This document shows, piece after piece, positions 13,911 to 25,734 of a stretch of DNA of 32,882 nucleotides. This stretch comes from Tubiluchus corallicola. Lineage: Eukaryota > Animalia > Priapulida. Every line of letters starts with the position of its first letter. Positions within the stretch are counted from its first letter, which is position 1. The stretch is taken from assembly GCA_030141605.1 (NCBI GenBank), contig JAQGDQ010001602.1:1-32882 (forward strand), given 5' to 3'. The notes below the pieces were generated by a model. That model was given only the letters and a program-made list of their open reading frames with translations. It was not told the origin of the DNA and made no database searches. A program made the translations under genes and the position numbers.

Positions 13911-14446
13911 CCACATGGATAGATGGCACTTTTAACACTCATTTTAAATTTCTGCATTTGCTTCATTCTGTTGTACATAGCGTTTTCACATTGCTTAGTT
14001 TCATTATGTCGTAATAGGAATCTGCCATTGTTGTAGTTTCACAAATGTAGTAGCAATTCGTCGTTTGTAGATTACGAAGTGCGCTTAAGTTTCGTCGTAA
14101 CTCCCTCCTTTGGGATCGCGACGTGAAAAACAGTACCTGAATTATGCATCCATTACTTTAAGTCAAACGATCCGTTTTTTAAATAATTGTGCAGTTTAGT
14201 AGGTTTTCATTGATGCTTTTTGCAGTGTATACAGTGTCCAAAATTCTTATCTGCTAAAATTTGTTATTGTAATCAATCATTCCAGTGTGAAGTCTGAAAG
14301 ATATATACTACATGTATATTGCAAAAAATGTGATTGTGCTGAGATTTGTTCTCAGTTCTCGAAGAATCACTCACTGTTCGTGTTTAAAATCAATAATATT
14401 TAGTTACATCAATGCATGTGTACATACTGTGTTAGGAGAAGTTCAC

Positions 14447-14452
14447 AATAAA
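14447..14452 (+). terminator. Candidate polyadenylation signal for U2AF2
   Basis: AATAAA about 540 nt after the stop codon, with another near 14550. Usage is not testable from sequence. Confidence 0.3.
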
Positions 14453-14827
14453 TCTAAGAGTCTGATTTTAAGCATCATTTTCTTGGTTTATTTCCATTTT
14501 AAACTATTTCACACGTTAAACACAGAGCTATCACAGTTCATCACAATGAAATAAAATATCTGTACATTGTTCAACAACAACAGTTTACTAGATGAGAAAA
14601 CTAATGAGAAGCAGGTATCTGAGGAAGAAAAAGATGAAAATTGCCATCTGCTTTCTGCCCTTGTTCAAGGTTATTATTTAACTTGAACTGGCTTCATTCA
14701 TTTTGCATCCAAATTGCAACAAATTTAGCTATAAAATAATTAGTGAAACAGCAAAGCTTTCTGGTCAAACTATTAGACTATCAACTACGCTAGTTTTAAC
14801 TGCGGCAAGACCTTGGTGACTAAGAGG

Positions 14828-15057
14828 TACACGTGATAGGTGGATGGTGTCATTTTATCCTTTTTTCTTGACCTCACCACATCCACGTTGTTATGAATAT
14901 GATATACATGTGATAGGTGGATGGTGTCATTTTATCCTTTTTTCTTGACCTCACCACATCCACATTGCTATGAATATGATATACATGTGATAAGTGGACG
15001 GTGTCATTTTATCCTTTTTCTTGACCTCACCACATCCACGTTGTTATGAGTATGATA
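14828..15057 (+). repeat. 77-bp tandem repeat, 3 copies
   Basis: Unit TACA(C/T)GTGATAGGTGGATGGTGTCATTTTATCC...ATGAATATGATA. Confidence 0.92.
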
Positions 15058-15248
15058 AAATTTCTAATATAAATAATATACAAATAAAATAAAGATAATT
15101 TTTGTGTACATACGTAAAAACTTATTCTACATTACAAACCTGAGGGAGAAACATTGCATCATTTCTGGAAGGTACAAGTGTACACTAGGGGGTTTCATTA
15201 CAATTTAGACAGGAGCGAAAACCTCTGACAGATTGCATTTATATAAAA

Positions 15249-15717
15249 CAGGGGTGTGCAAATTGCAGCCCACCAGGAGAATTTGTGGCCCGCGAAGAGA
15301 TTTGTCAACCTAATGAAAGTGCGGCTCGGGCGATTAATTGAGTGTATCCAGCTGAAGTCCGTGCCACGATCCCAAAGATAGTGCAGGTAGTTTTTTCTAC
15401 TAGATCGGATGCCAGTAACCCTTACAAGACGGTTGTAGCTTAATGTCACTGTACTACACAAACTGTGTGATACACATTACTAATATGCACTGTAATGAAA
15501 TTACCACTATCAGTCCTGAAAGTAGAAATATATGGTTTGTAATATAAATTTTAATAACTTCTAAAATAGTTTCTTGAGAGTAGTAGTAATGATGTACGCA
15601 GGTCGGATGCAAAAAAATCGTTATTAGGCCTTTCTGTACTTGGCTCCTTGATCAAACTGTAGGAATTGCAGGAAAGTTTAATGTGGCCTGGTTAATCAGA
15701 TAATTTGCACACCCCTG
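15249..15717 (-). mobile_element. hAT-type MITE family A, copy 3
   Basis: Same TIRs; TSD ATATAAAA/ATATAAAG. Confidence 0.9.
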
Positions 15718-15929
15718 ATATAAAGGGTATAAATTTAGTATTTATGAAACTAAACAAAAACATAATAATTTATGCATTTTTTGATACACAATAAAGTAGG
15801 TGTAAAATTAGTGCAACAATAATACATGATTGTCTCCAGAGTGAAGTAAGATAGTACATTGGTGCTTTACTTTAGCTTAAGTTAACCCTTTACTAGTTGA
15901 AAGAACAATTGAGCAGCTCTCCTTTTATG

Positions 15930-16001
15930 TTAAAATGAGGAGGAACCAAATAGATGTCGTATCTCTTCGTATGTCAACCAAAATGTCAATGACCATGGTG
16001 C
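15930..16001 (-). CDS. SLC25A27: UCP4 exon 10 (terminal)
   Basis: ttatag|APWSLTFWLTYEEIRHLFGSSSF*. APWSxxFWLTYE is the UCP4 C-terminus. Confidence 0.95.
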   Translation of the reverse strand, partial: APWSLTFWLTYEEIRHLFGSSSF

Positions 16002-16102
16002 CTATAATAAAACATGAGACAACTTATTCAGTAGAAATAGCTGTACGGTACTTCTATTGCACATTAAGTGATCATGTAATAACAATGACTATGAATAGAG
16101 GG

Positions 16103-17952
16103 TGAAACTGAGTCAGTTGCTACTACATCAGCTGACTCACACAGTAAATCGGCTAGCTCGGCTGAAACGGAGTCAGTTGCTACTTACTACATCAGCTGAC
16201 TCACACAGTAAATCAGCTAGCTTGGCTGAAGTTGAGTCAGTTCCTATTACATCAGCTGACTCACACAGTAAATCGGCTAGCTCGGCTGAAGCTGAGTCAG
16301 TTGCTACTACATCAGCTGACTCACACAGTAAATCAGCTAGCTTGGCTGAAGTTGAGTCAGTTCCTATTACATCAGCTGACTCACACAGTAAATCAGCTAG
16401 CTTGGTTGAAGCTGAATCAGTTGCTACTACATCGGCTGACTCACACAGTAAATCAGCTAGCTTGGTTGAAGCTGAATCAGTTGCTACTACATCAACTGAC
16501 TCGCATAGTAAATTAGTTAGCTCAACTAAAGCTGAGTCAGTTACTACTACATCAGCTGACTCACACAGTAAATTAGCTAGCTCGGCTAAAGTTGAGCGAG
16601 TTGCTACTACATCAGCTGACTCATGCAGTAAATTAGCCAGCTTGGCTGAAGTTGAGTCAGGTGCTACTACATCAGCTAACTCACACAGTAAATCAGCTAG
16701 CTTGGCTGAAGCTGAATCAGTTGCTACTACATCAGCTAACTCACACAGTAAGTCAGCTAGCTTGGAAGTTGAGTCAGTTACTACTACATCAGCTGACTCA
16801 CAGTAAATCAGCTAGTTCGGCTGAAGCTGAGTCAGTTGCTACTACATCAGCTGACTCACACAGTAAATCAGCTAGCTTGGCTGAAGTTGAGTCAGTTGCT
16901 ATTACATCAGCTAACTCACACAGTAAATCAGCTAGCTTGGTTGAAGCTGAATCAGTTGCTACTACATCAGCTAACTCACACAGTAAGTCAGCTAGCTTGG
17001 AAGTTGAGTCAGTTACTACTACATCAGCTGACTCACAGTAAATCAGCTAGTTTGGCTGAAGCTGAGTCAGTTGCTACTACATCAGCTCACTCACACAGTA
17101 AATCAGCTAGCTCGGCTGAAGCTGAGTCAGTTGCTACTACATCAACTGATTCACACAGTAAATCAGCTAGCTCGGCTGAAGCTGAATCAGTTGCTACTAC
17201 ATCAGTTGACTCACACAGTAAATCAGCTAGCTCGGCTGAAGCTGAGTCAGTTGCTACTACATCAGCTGACTTGCACAGTAAATCAGCTAGCTCGGCTGAA
17301 GCTAACTCAGTTGCTACTACATCAGCTGACTCACACAGTAAATCAGCTAGCTCGGCTGAAGCTGAGTCAGTTGCTACTACATCAGCTGACTTGCACAGTA
17401 AATCAGCTAGCTCGGCTGAAGCTGAGTCAGTTGCTACTACATCAGCTGACTTGCACAGTAAATCAGCTAGCTTGGGTGAAGATGAGTCAGTTGCTACTAC
17501 ATCAGCTAACTCACACAGTAAATCAGCTAGCTCGGCTGAAGCTGAGTCAGTTGCTACTACATCAGCTGACTCACACAGTAAATCAGCTAGTTCGGCTGAA
17601 GCTGAGTCAGTTGCTACTACATCAGCTGACTCACACAGTAAATCAGCTAGTTCGGCTGAAGCTGAGTCAGTTGCTACTACATCAGCTGACTCACACAGTA
17701 AATCAGCTAGCTCGGCTGAAGCTGAGTCAGTTGCTACTACATCAGCTCACTCACACAGTAAATCAGCTAGCTCGGCTGAAGTTGAGTCAGTTGCTACTAC
17801 ATCAGCTCACTCACACAGTAAATCAGCTAGCTCGGCTGAAGCTGAGTCAGTTGCTACTACATCAGCTGACTCACACAGTAAATCAGCTAGCTCGGCTGAA
17901 GCTGAGTCAGTTGCTACTACATCAGCTCACTCACACAGTAAATCAGCTTGGC
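16103..17952 (+). repeat. 60-bp minisatellite, ~31 copies, in UCP4 intron 9
   Basis: Unit CTGAAGCTGAGTCAGTTGCTACTACATCAGCTGACTCACACAGTAAATCAGCTAGCTCGG. Confidence 0.95.
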
Positions 17953-18511
17953 TGAGGTTGACCGACTTTTCAGTTGAGTTGGTTTAAAGAAAAAAATCAG
18001 CTAAGTCAGCGAAAGCTGAGAAATTTTGTTAACTAAATAAATGATAAATTGTTAATTAACTGTTAAATTATAGAGAATTTTTTGAAAAAATAATTTGTGT
18101 TGCTTATACACAGAAAAAAGCTGATGTACAAATTCAAATAAATGCATTAGAGATCAATTCTTATGTCGATATAGTAAGTTATTGTAATCTATTTTTTATT
18201 ATTATAAAAAAGCAATGGATTTATTGCAAATATAATTTAAATGCAACTCTTGGCAAGGTTTATCTTTATTACCGACGAATCGTTACCAAAACACAAAAAT
18301 GATCCCATGCATGTGACTTACGATCAAAAATAATATAACTCTTTTCAGTGATTAGAAAAATACCATTAAAACCAAACAGATTACATCATTTTACATATAA
18401 ATAGTTAAGAAAGGTGAAACCATATTAGTACAGAGGGCAGAAATAAACGAAAAGTGCCCTGTAGTCGAGTTTATCGAAGACTTTTGTATCCATACAGTAA
18501 ATGATACATAC

Positions 18512-18614
18512 CATACGAGCCCATATTGGCAGAAAACCTTTATACAGGGCCCGAAATCCTTCCTTTTGTACAGTCTTCACTAAACAGTCCCATGATGATG
18601 TGTAATATAAACCT
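18512..18614 (-). CDS. SLC25A27: UCP4 exon 9
   Basis: tttcag|[34 protein letters not shown]|gtatgt. Confidence 0.95.
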
Positions 18615-18777
18615 CTGAAACCATCAAGCACAGATTAGTACGGGCTATAAAAAATGCCTAAAAACGACACCGCTGAAAGATTAGGTTCGAATAATACACA
18701 TGCATTGACAGGTCAAAGTAAAAATGTGCTCTAAGTTATTAAAAAGAAAAATTTTACGAGTCATTGTTGGCAGATAC

Positions 18778-18867
18778 CTTCCGTTTCTGATGGGTTGGTT
18801 CATGATCCTGGTTTTCACAACATCAGCTGGTGTCCCAAATGAAGCAGCAACTAAGCCAGAACAAGAA
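18778..18867 (-). CDS. SLC25A27: UCP4 exon 8
   Basis: ttctag|[29 protein letters not shown](R)|gtatct. Third carrier signature. Confidence 0.95.
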
Positions 18868-19319
18868 CTAGAAAAATTACGCAAGTCCATTCAGTACGTA
18901 ACTCCATTGTAAAAGCAAACAAAATTTTAATTGCATTGTGCTGATTTAAACTTGTATTGCCCCCTTTTTTCTGTTATAAATTGGTTTCCTTTTAAACAGG
19001 TCATGTGACCAGTCTTTTACCTGTACACTTACCTGTAGATTGGAGTCACTCAGGCATTCACACACTGCAGTGACAGATTGTTTAGCGTCATTCATTGATT
19101 CGTTGTTATAATTTCATAATTACACTTATAGAAGATCACCATGTAAGTTGATTTATTAATTTCTTAAATCTTGAACCTTTGTTTATTAAAAAGACTAGAG
19201 ATTAGATTTTATAATTTGCGTAAAACTTTGTTAAAGTTAATTACATCAATTTGGTTTAGATTTCATCGTAAAATTGAGCAAAATTATATAAAATTATCTG
19301 ATTTGTTTTTAGATTAAAC

Positions 19320-19806
19320 CAGGGGTGTGCAAATTGCGGCCCGCCGAGAGAATTTGTGCGGCCCGCGAAGAGATTTGTCAACCTAATGAAAGTGCGGCCC
19401 GGGCGATGAATTGAGTGTATCCAGCTGAAGTCCGTACCACGATCTCAAATACAGTGCAGTTAGTTTTTTCTACTAGATCGGATGCCATTAACCCTTACAA
19501 GATGGTTGTAGCTTAATGTCACTGTACTATACAGACTGTGTGATACACATTACTAATATGCATTGTAATGAAATTACCACTATCTGTCCTGAAAGTAGAA
19601 ATATATGGCTTGTAATATAAATTTTAATAACTTCTAAAACAGTTTCTTGAGTGTAGTAATAATGATGTAAAAAAACAGGTCGGATGCAAAAAAAATCGTT
19701 ATTAGGCCCTTCTGTACTTGGCTCCTTGATCAAACTGCTCGTGGCCCGCAGGAATTGCGGGAAAGTTTAATGTGGCCCGGCTAGTCAGATAATTTGCACA
19801 CCCCTG
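19320..19806 (-). mobile_element. hAT-type MITE family A, copy 4
   Basis: Same TIRs; perfect 8-bp TSD GATTAAAC. Confidence 0.92.
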
Positions 19807-19941
19807 GATTAAACGATACAAGCTACAAAATTACGTTGTTGGAGATTTTTTTATAAGAGGGCAGCACATGCATTTTGACAATTACCGGTACTGAACCACT
19901 GAAAGTAAAAGACTTCTATAGATTTTGTATACTTTAAGTAC

Positions 19942-20026
19942 CTGGCTAAAGCATGAGTTACATAGTTATCTTCTAAGCTTGTATGCTTTAATATCTGATG
20001 TTTTGCCGTATCATAAGTCGTTAATT
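19942..20026 (-). CDS. SLC25A27: UCP4 exon 7
   Basis: ttgcag|(E)LTTYDTAKHQILKHTSLEDNYVTHALA(S)|gtactt. Confidence 0.94.
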
Positions 20027-20218
20027 CTGCAAAATAGTCAAACGTAACAAGTGTTTACATGTGAAAGATGAGAGACAAGTGCGTTTAATGTTAATTAACG
20101 GCTGCATTTGTGGAGCGGGGTGAAATAGCAGTTGCAAAGATGCCTCTTGAGGGGAAGCATCGGTGTCTCATTTTAGAGAATCATCTTTACCAATCTCATC
20201 ACAAACATCCACATTAAG

Positions 20219-20797
20219 TGTCGTGAAGTTTGGGCTTCACGATTCACCTGCCGTAAAGAAGCCAATGTGAATTAATTTACGTATAGCTGTAGGAACTGGT
20301 TTGAGGAGTTAACCTAGTTAAAAGAGGTTAGTTAGTTGTTGAGTTGATATAGAACAGAAAAAATGTATATTGCGCTTTCGAAAAAAGAATAAATTTAGCG
20401 TTATGGCAGAAGGAAAAGTTCTCCTTTTTGTTTTACTGTCGTCGTAAAAGTCACCACGATAATTGGTGCCGAAATAGTCTTTATTTTGCACTTGAAATGT
20501 TCTCTAATAAATGGATCTAAATGTTCCTGGTATTCCCAGGTTTCCTTGCACCAATTGTCGTGGTGACTTTTGCGACGACAGTAAAACAAAAACGAGAACT
20601 TTTCCTTCTGCCATAACGCTAAATTTATTCTTTTTTCGAAAGTGCAATATACATTTTTTCTGTTCCATATCAACTCAACGACTAACTTCCTATTTTAACT
20701 AGGTTAACTCCTCGAACCAGTTCCTACAGCTATACGTAAATTAATTCACAATGGCTTCTTTACGGCAGGTGAATCGTGAAGCCCAAACTTCACGACA
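20219..20797. mobile_element. Non-autonomous foldback element with ~250-bp TIRs (Ginger-like)
   Basis: Arms 20219-20469 and 20548-20797, TGT...ACA termini, 5-bp TSD TTAAG. Confidence 0.85.
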
Positions 20798-20997
20798 TTA
20801 AGTATATTGAGGTGAGCTAAACTACAAAAATAAAACACTAGCATTATACACTGATAACAAAACAGAATAATTTTCACTGCAACCTAGAAGTGGAGAGGTT
20901 TCTTTACAATAGTAATGAAATGCTATTATAATAATAACCGTTATTTTCACTATCTTACTATTCCGTGAAGACAAATACAAGTTTTACATATTTGTAC

Positions 20998-21110
20998 CTC
21001 CTAAATTGACTAGAGCTGCTCGTTGTACATTGGGAACCCAACCTTTCCAAAGACCACGTACGCCTCCGTCTCTTAATATTTTGACAAAAGCATCTGCTGT
21101 ATTTTTAACT
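20998..21110 (-). CDS. SLC25A27: UCP4 exon 6
   Basis: ttacag|[37 protein letters not shown]|gtacaa. Confidence 0.95.
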
Positions 21111-22135
21111 CTGTAAGAAATCGAATGAAAAAAGTTCTAAAGTTCTAAAAACTGTGCATTAATGAACAAGAAATCTATTGCTATTTTTCTACGATTGACT
21201 TAAGTGAAAGAATTATTACCACAGAAATGTAATTTCATGTTCGTGTAACTAGTTCTTTGATGTTACATGTATTTCACTAGTTCGAAGGACACTAGCTCGT
21301 GCATGTGGAATACACGTTGCACAGAAAACTGGTGTGTACCTCTCAGTTCAGATGTGTTAGGATGTGAAGTAGTAGACAAGTTCGAGAACTCATGCCCAAG
21401 TAAATCAAATTGAAATTTGAATTTTGGAGTTAAAATTTGCCAGTTTTTTATGTATCACACCGAGTGTTGTACAGTAGCATTCTAGTTCAGTTCTTACTTT
21501 CGCAAACATGTGCAACACGCTCATGGAATGTTTACGCTGTTGAAAATTACGTTCAGTTGCGATGTCATCACTAGTAGGGCTCGCTTACCACTAATTAAGT
21601 TTTTGATCTGTTGTGCAATTGCCACAAACATTTTGGCATTGTTACAGGCGCTAAAACGTAAGATTTTCACCGTACTTCAAAATGGGATAGGATAAAAAGA
21701 ATCATCCGTTTTCCTTTAAACGACTTTATAATGAGCAAGTAAGTAAAAAAAACTTATTTGTCTTTGAATGTTGCAAACAAAAGCTAAAAACGAAAATAAA
21801 GACAGAAAGAGACGGGGTGGCAAAAAGACCAAGGGTCACCAAGTCAACCACCCCTATCCAAACTGAAGAAAATGAAGTGACCTGTCAAGTAATGTATGTA
21901 CAAATGTAAATAATCAGCAACTTAATAAAATAAAAAAAAAATAAATGAGGCAACAGGTTCAAATGAGTTTAAATTTAGAAAGAGTAAATAAATTTGGCAA
22001 AGAGAAGAGGCAAAATTTAAATTAGCAAACAAAACGGAAAATTTAAACTGATCAAAAGCAAAACTAATAATTACATATAAATCAAGAACTCACCCAACTA
22101 ATAAGCAAAAAAATTATATATTGAGATATTAGTAC

Positions 22136-22258
22136 CTTGCTGGTTTTCCTTCTAGTCGCCGTTTTCCCTCCATTTGCATTTGTACCTTAATTAGATCAGT
22201 AGGACTAGCAAAGAACTGAGCTGAACCACCACTACAGAAGCCACATGTCATAGCCTTC
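22136..22258 (-). CDS. SLC25A27: UCP4 exon 5
   Basis: ttgcag|(W)[40 protein letters not shown](R)|gtacta. Second carrier signature; [11 protein letters not shown] is typical of UCP4. Confidence 0.94.
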
Positions 22259-23392
22259 CTGCAATCAGTCAGGTAAATAATAACAATGAATTAGGTCAGT
22301 AGGACTAGCAAAGAACTGAGCTGCACCACCACTACAGAAGCCACATGTCATAGCCTTCCTGCAATCAGTCAGGTAAATAATAACAATGAATTAGGTCAGT
22401 AGGACTAGCAAAGAACTGAGCTGCGCCACCACTACAGAAGCCACATGTCATAGCCTTCCTGCAATCAGTCAGGTAAATAATAACAATGAATTAGATCAGT
22501 AGGACTAGCAAAGAACTGAGCTGCGCCACCACTACAGAAGCCACATGTCATAGCCTTCCTGCAATCAGTCAGGTAAATAATAACAATGAATTAGGTCAGT
22601 AGGACTAGCAAAGAACTGAGCAGCGCCACCACTACAGAAGCCACATGTCATAGCCTTCCTGCAATCAGTCAGGTAAATAATAACAATGAATTAGATCAGT
22701 AGGACTAGCAAAGAACTGAGCAGCTCCACCACTACAGAAGCCACATGTCATAGCCTTCCTGCAATCAGTCAGGTAAATAATAACAATGAATTAGATCAGT
22801 AGGACTAGCAAAGAACTGAGCAGCGCCACCACTACAGAAGCCACATGTCATAGCCTTCCTGCAATCAGTCAGGTAAATAATAACAATGAATTAGATCAGT
22901 AGGACTAGCAAAGAACTGAGCAGCACCACCACTACAGAAGCCACATGTCATAGCCTTCCTGCAATCAGTCAGGTAAATAATAACAATGAATTAGATCAGT
23001 AGGACTAGCAAAGAACTGAGCAGCGCCACCACTACAGAAACCACATGTCATAGCCTTCCTGCAATCAGTCAGGTAAATAATAACAATGAATTAGATCAGT
23101 AGGACTAGCAAAGAACTGAGCAGCGCCACCACTACAGAAGCCACATGTCATAGCCTTCCTGCAATCAGTCAGGTAAATAATAACAATGAATTAGATCAGT
23201 AGGACTAGCAAAGAACTGAGCAGCTCCACCACTACAGAAGCCACATGTCATAGCCTTCCTGCAATCAGTCAGGTAAATAATAACAATGAATTAGATCAGT
23301 AGGACTAGCAAAGAACTGAGCAGCTTCACCGCTACAGAAACCACATGTCATAGCCTTCCTGCAATCAGTCAGGTAAATAATAACAATGAATT
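22189..23392 (-). repeat. 100-bp tandem array, 12 copies, of the UCP4 intron 4/exon 5 junction
   Basis: Each unit is ~30 nt of intron end (…tttacctgactgattgcag) plus the first ~70 nt of exon 5. The array is bounded by AATT microhomology. Confidence 0.97.
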
Positions 23393-24042
23393 GTGAAAAG
23401 CAGCAGGAGCTTCAAAAACAAACAGCTGGTCAAGTGATTAAATGTTTAGCTTCCAGAAACAATGAGGTTAACTGCAGTGGACAAGCGGGTGACAGATTCA
23501 AAGTAAAACAACTAGGCTAACTTATTAACACAATGCATACGATAAACGTACTGTACCTGCTTACAAACAAAGCTGTACTTAACACGACTGTTTCTATGTA
23601 TATTCTACTGCACAAAATCAACATAAAGATGACATAAGAGCAGTAAAAGTTCTCTGGGCACACACAAGTATCTTATTTTAACTGTGTGAAGTAAAGATAT
23701 TGAGTCAATTATGCAAAGTTATTTGAGTCAATTACCGACAGTTTTATGTACATTTGAATAGGGCCCATTCCAGGTGTTTTTGAGTCAATTAAGCGACTGA
23801 GTCTATTAACAATGAGTCTAATAAACAGCATCTACTATAAAAGTACAATGTAAGAATGCTGTTTACTTGCAAAAATGTCACTCATACAACCCAACTTCTA
23901 ATTATACTAAAATTTAATGCTACAAAATATCTGGATTCATATTAACATTTTAAAGCACAAAACGAGATGTACGATGTGAACAGAACTATCTTCTACACAT
24001 CACGTAATGTACAACAAACGAAAAAAGATTCAAAAAACCTAC

Positions 24043-24124
24043 CAGACAGGAAATGTTCCGTCTGGATTTCGTCCAAACAGCTGCCTCATCTTTTCATAAA
24101 ATACAAGTCTACATCCGGTATAAA
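24043..24124 (-). CDS. SLC25A27: UCP4 exon 4
   Basis: ttttag|(V)YTGCRLVFYEKMRQLFGRNPDGTFPV(W)|gtaggt. Confidence 0.93.
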
Positions 24125-24480
24125 CTAAAAGTAAAAAGCTGTTTACTGATTGCAAACGAAAAAGCAAAAACCGTCCAGGTGAACGAAGTTTCATCAACAA
24201 AAATGACAGCAGAAATAACGACATGTTTTAATAAAATTACTTGATCCAAATCCTTTTCTATGGTCATTTTTTTATTTTTTATACGGAAAATTACCCTGAA
24301 AGCTGGGATTCAGCGTTCAATGGTAGTGCTTAAACAATGTAGATGGTGGTCACTCATCCATTCATAAACTAGGCCCAGTGTTGCTTAATTTCATTCACCT
24401 CCACCTCAAAGTAATAAAAAAGGACAAACTCAGCCATTCTATAACTCACTGAAAACTGACTGAGCAGTACGGTTTTTCTA

Positions 24481-24829
24481 TAAAGATTTACATTGCAATA
24501 ACTCTTACCAATATGCCTGTACACAGCCGGAGTGACTCCCTGCCACAATATAAAGATTTACATTGCAATAACTCTTACCAATATGCCTGTACACAGCCGG
24601 AGTAACTCCCTGCCACAATATAAAGATTTACATTGCAATAACTCTTACCAATATGCCTGTACACAGCCGGAGTAACTCCCTGCCACAATCTAAAGATTTA
24701 CACTGTAATAACTCTTACCAATATGCCTGTACACAGCCGGAGTAACTCCCTGCCACAATCTAAAGATTTACACTGTAATAAGTCTTACCAATATGCCTGT
24801 ACACCGCCGGAGTAACTCCCTGCCACAAT
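24481..24829 (-). repeat. 70-bp tandem array, 5 copies, of the UCP4 exon 3/intron 3 junction
   Basis: Each unit is the last 41 nt of exon 3 plus 29 nt of intron beginning gtaaga. Confidence 0.96.
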
Positions 24830-24851
24830 TTGCGCAACCCTTCTTCGCGTA
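24789..24851 (-). CDS. SLC25A27: UCP4 exon 3
   Basis: ttccag|(V)REEGLRKLWQGVTPAVYRHI|gtaaga. Confidence 0.93.
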
Positions 24852-25734
24852 CTGGAATAAAAAGTTTTCAGAAATGTTAATTACCAAGTTCCAACAGCTA
24901 TCAAATGTGCAACACACAAAGGATAGTGACAAACTACTGACTTTACTTAGTTCACTAAATGAACAGAGTCTCACACAGTAAAATTTATAATCATGATCAC
25001 AGTTTTTCTTAGTTCTCGCTCATTCATTCACTACTCCCCCCCCCACTTTTATGTATATATTATCATTATTTCAATTATTAATCACTTCTTTAAGATTTCC
25101 ACGTACAGTTTGGCCTGTCAAGCTATGCTTTTAGGTTCAAACTGTATGCATCAAAATTATTCTGTAATGTAATTTGCACATGTATATGCTGCATAAGAAT
25201 CTCTTTTGTAATTTCTGGATAATATTGCATTTATATTTATTTCAGTGAAATTATCCGTATTTTTATTATAACTGTTAGATGCAGAGTGGAAATAAATAAA
25301 CTTATAACTAATAAACATATGTTATATCACAAACTTACGAAAAAATCAGTGCAGTTCAGATTAGATACTTTTCTAACATTTTAATAATATCACAAGGTGG
25401 TAATATTAATCTGAAAGATAAGATTCATATGGATCCATTGATTGATAATTGTAATTGCTACAATGATTGACACTCAATCAATTAATGAGTGAATTCCTTC
25501 TAAGAATGCTGCCATGTTTATCATTTAGTAAAGTTCCAACCTACTTTCATTTGTAGCATCTGTTAGACCAGAGGTGGCCACACTATTTCAGGTTGCGAGC
25601 TACTTATAAAATGACCGAGTCAAAATGATCTACCTACTACAAAAATGCAAAACATATATTTATTTATGAATATATTGAGTACTGACACCTTACTCTGATG
25701 ACTTGCAAATAATTTGAAAAATAGTTATGCTTAC

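Noticed and set aside
16102-17987. Long Ser/Ala/Thr-rich ORFs resembling a mucin or adhesin
   Set aside because: They arise from a 60-bp unit (a multiple of 3), are broken by frameshifts, lack ATG starts or splice context, and lie antisense within UCP4 intron 9.
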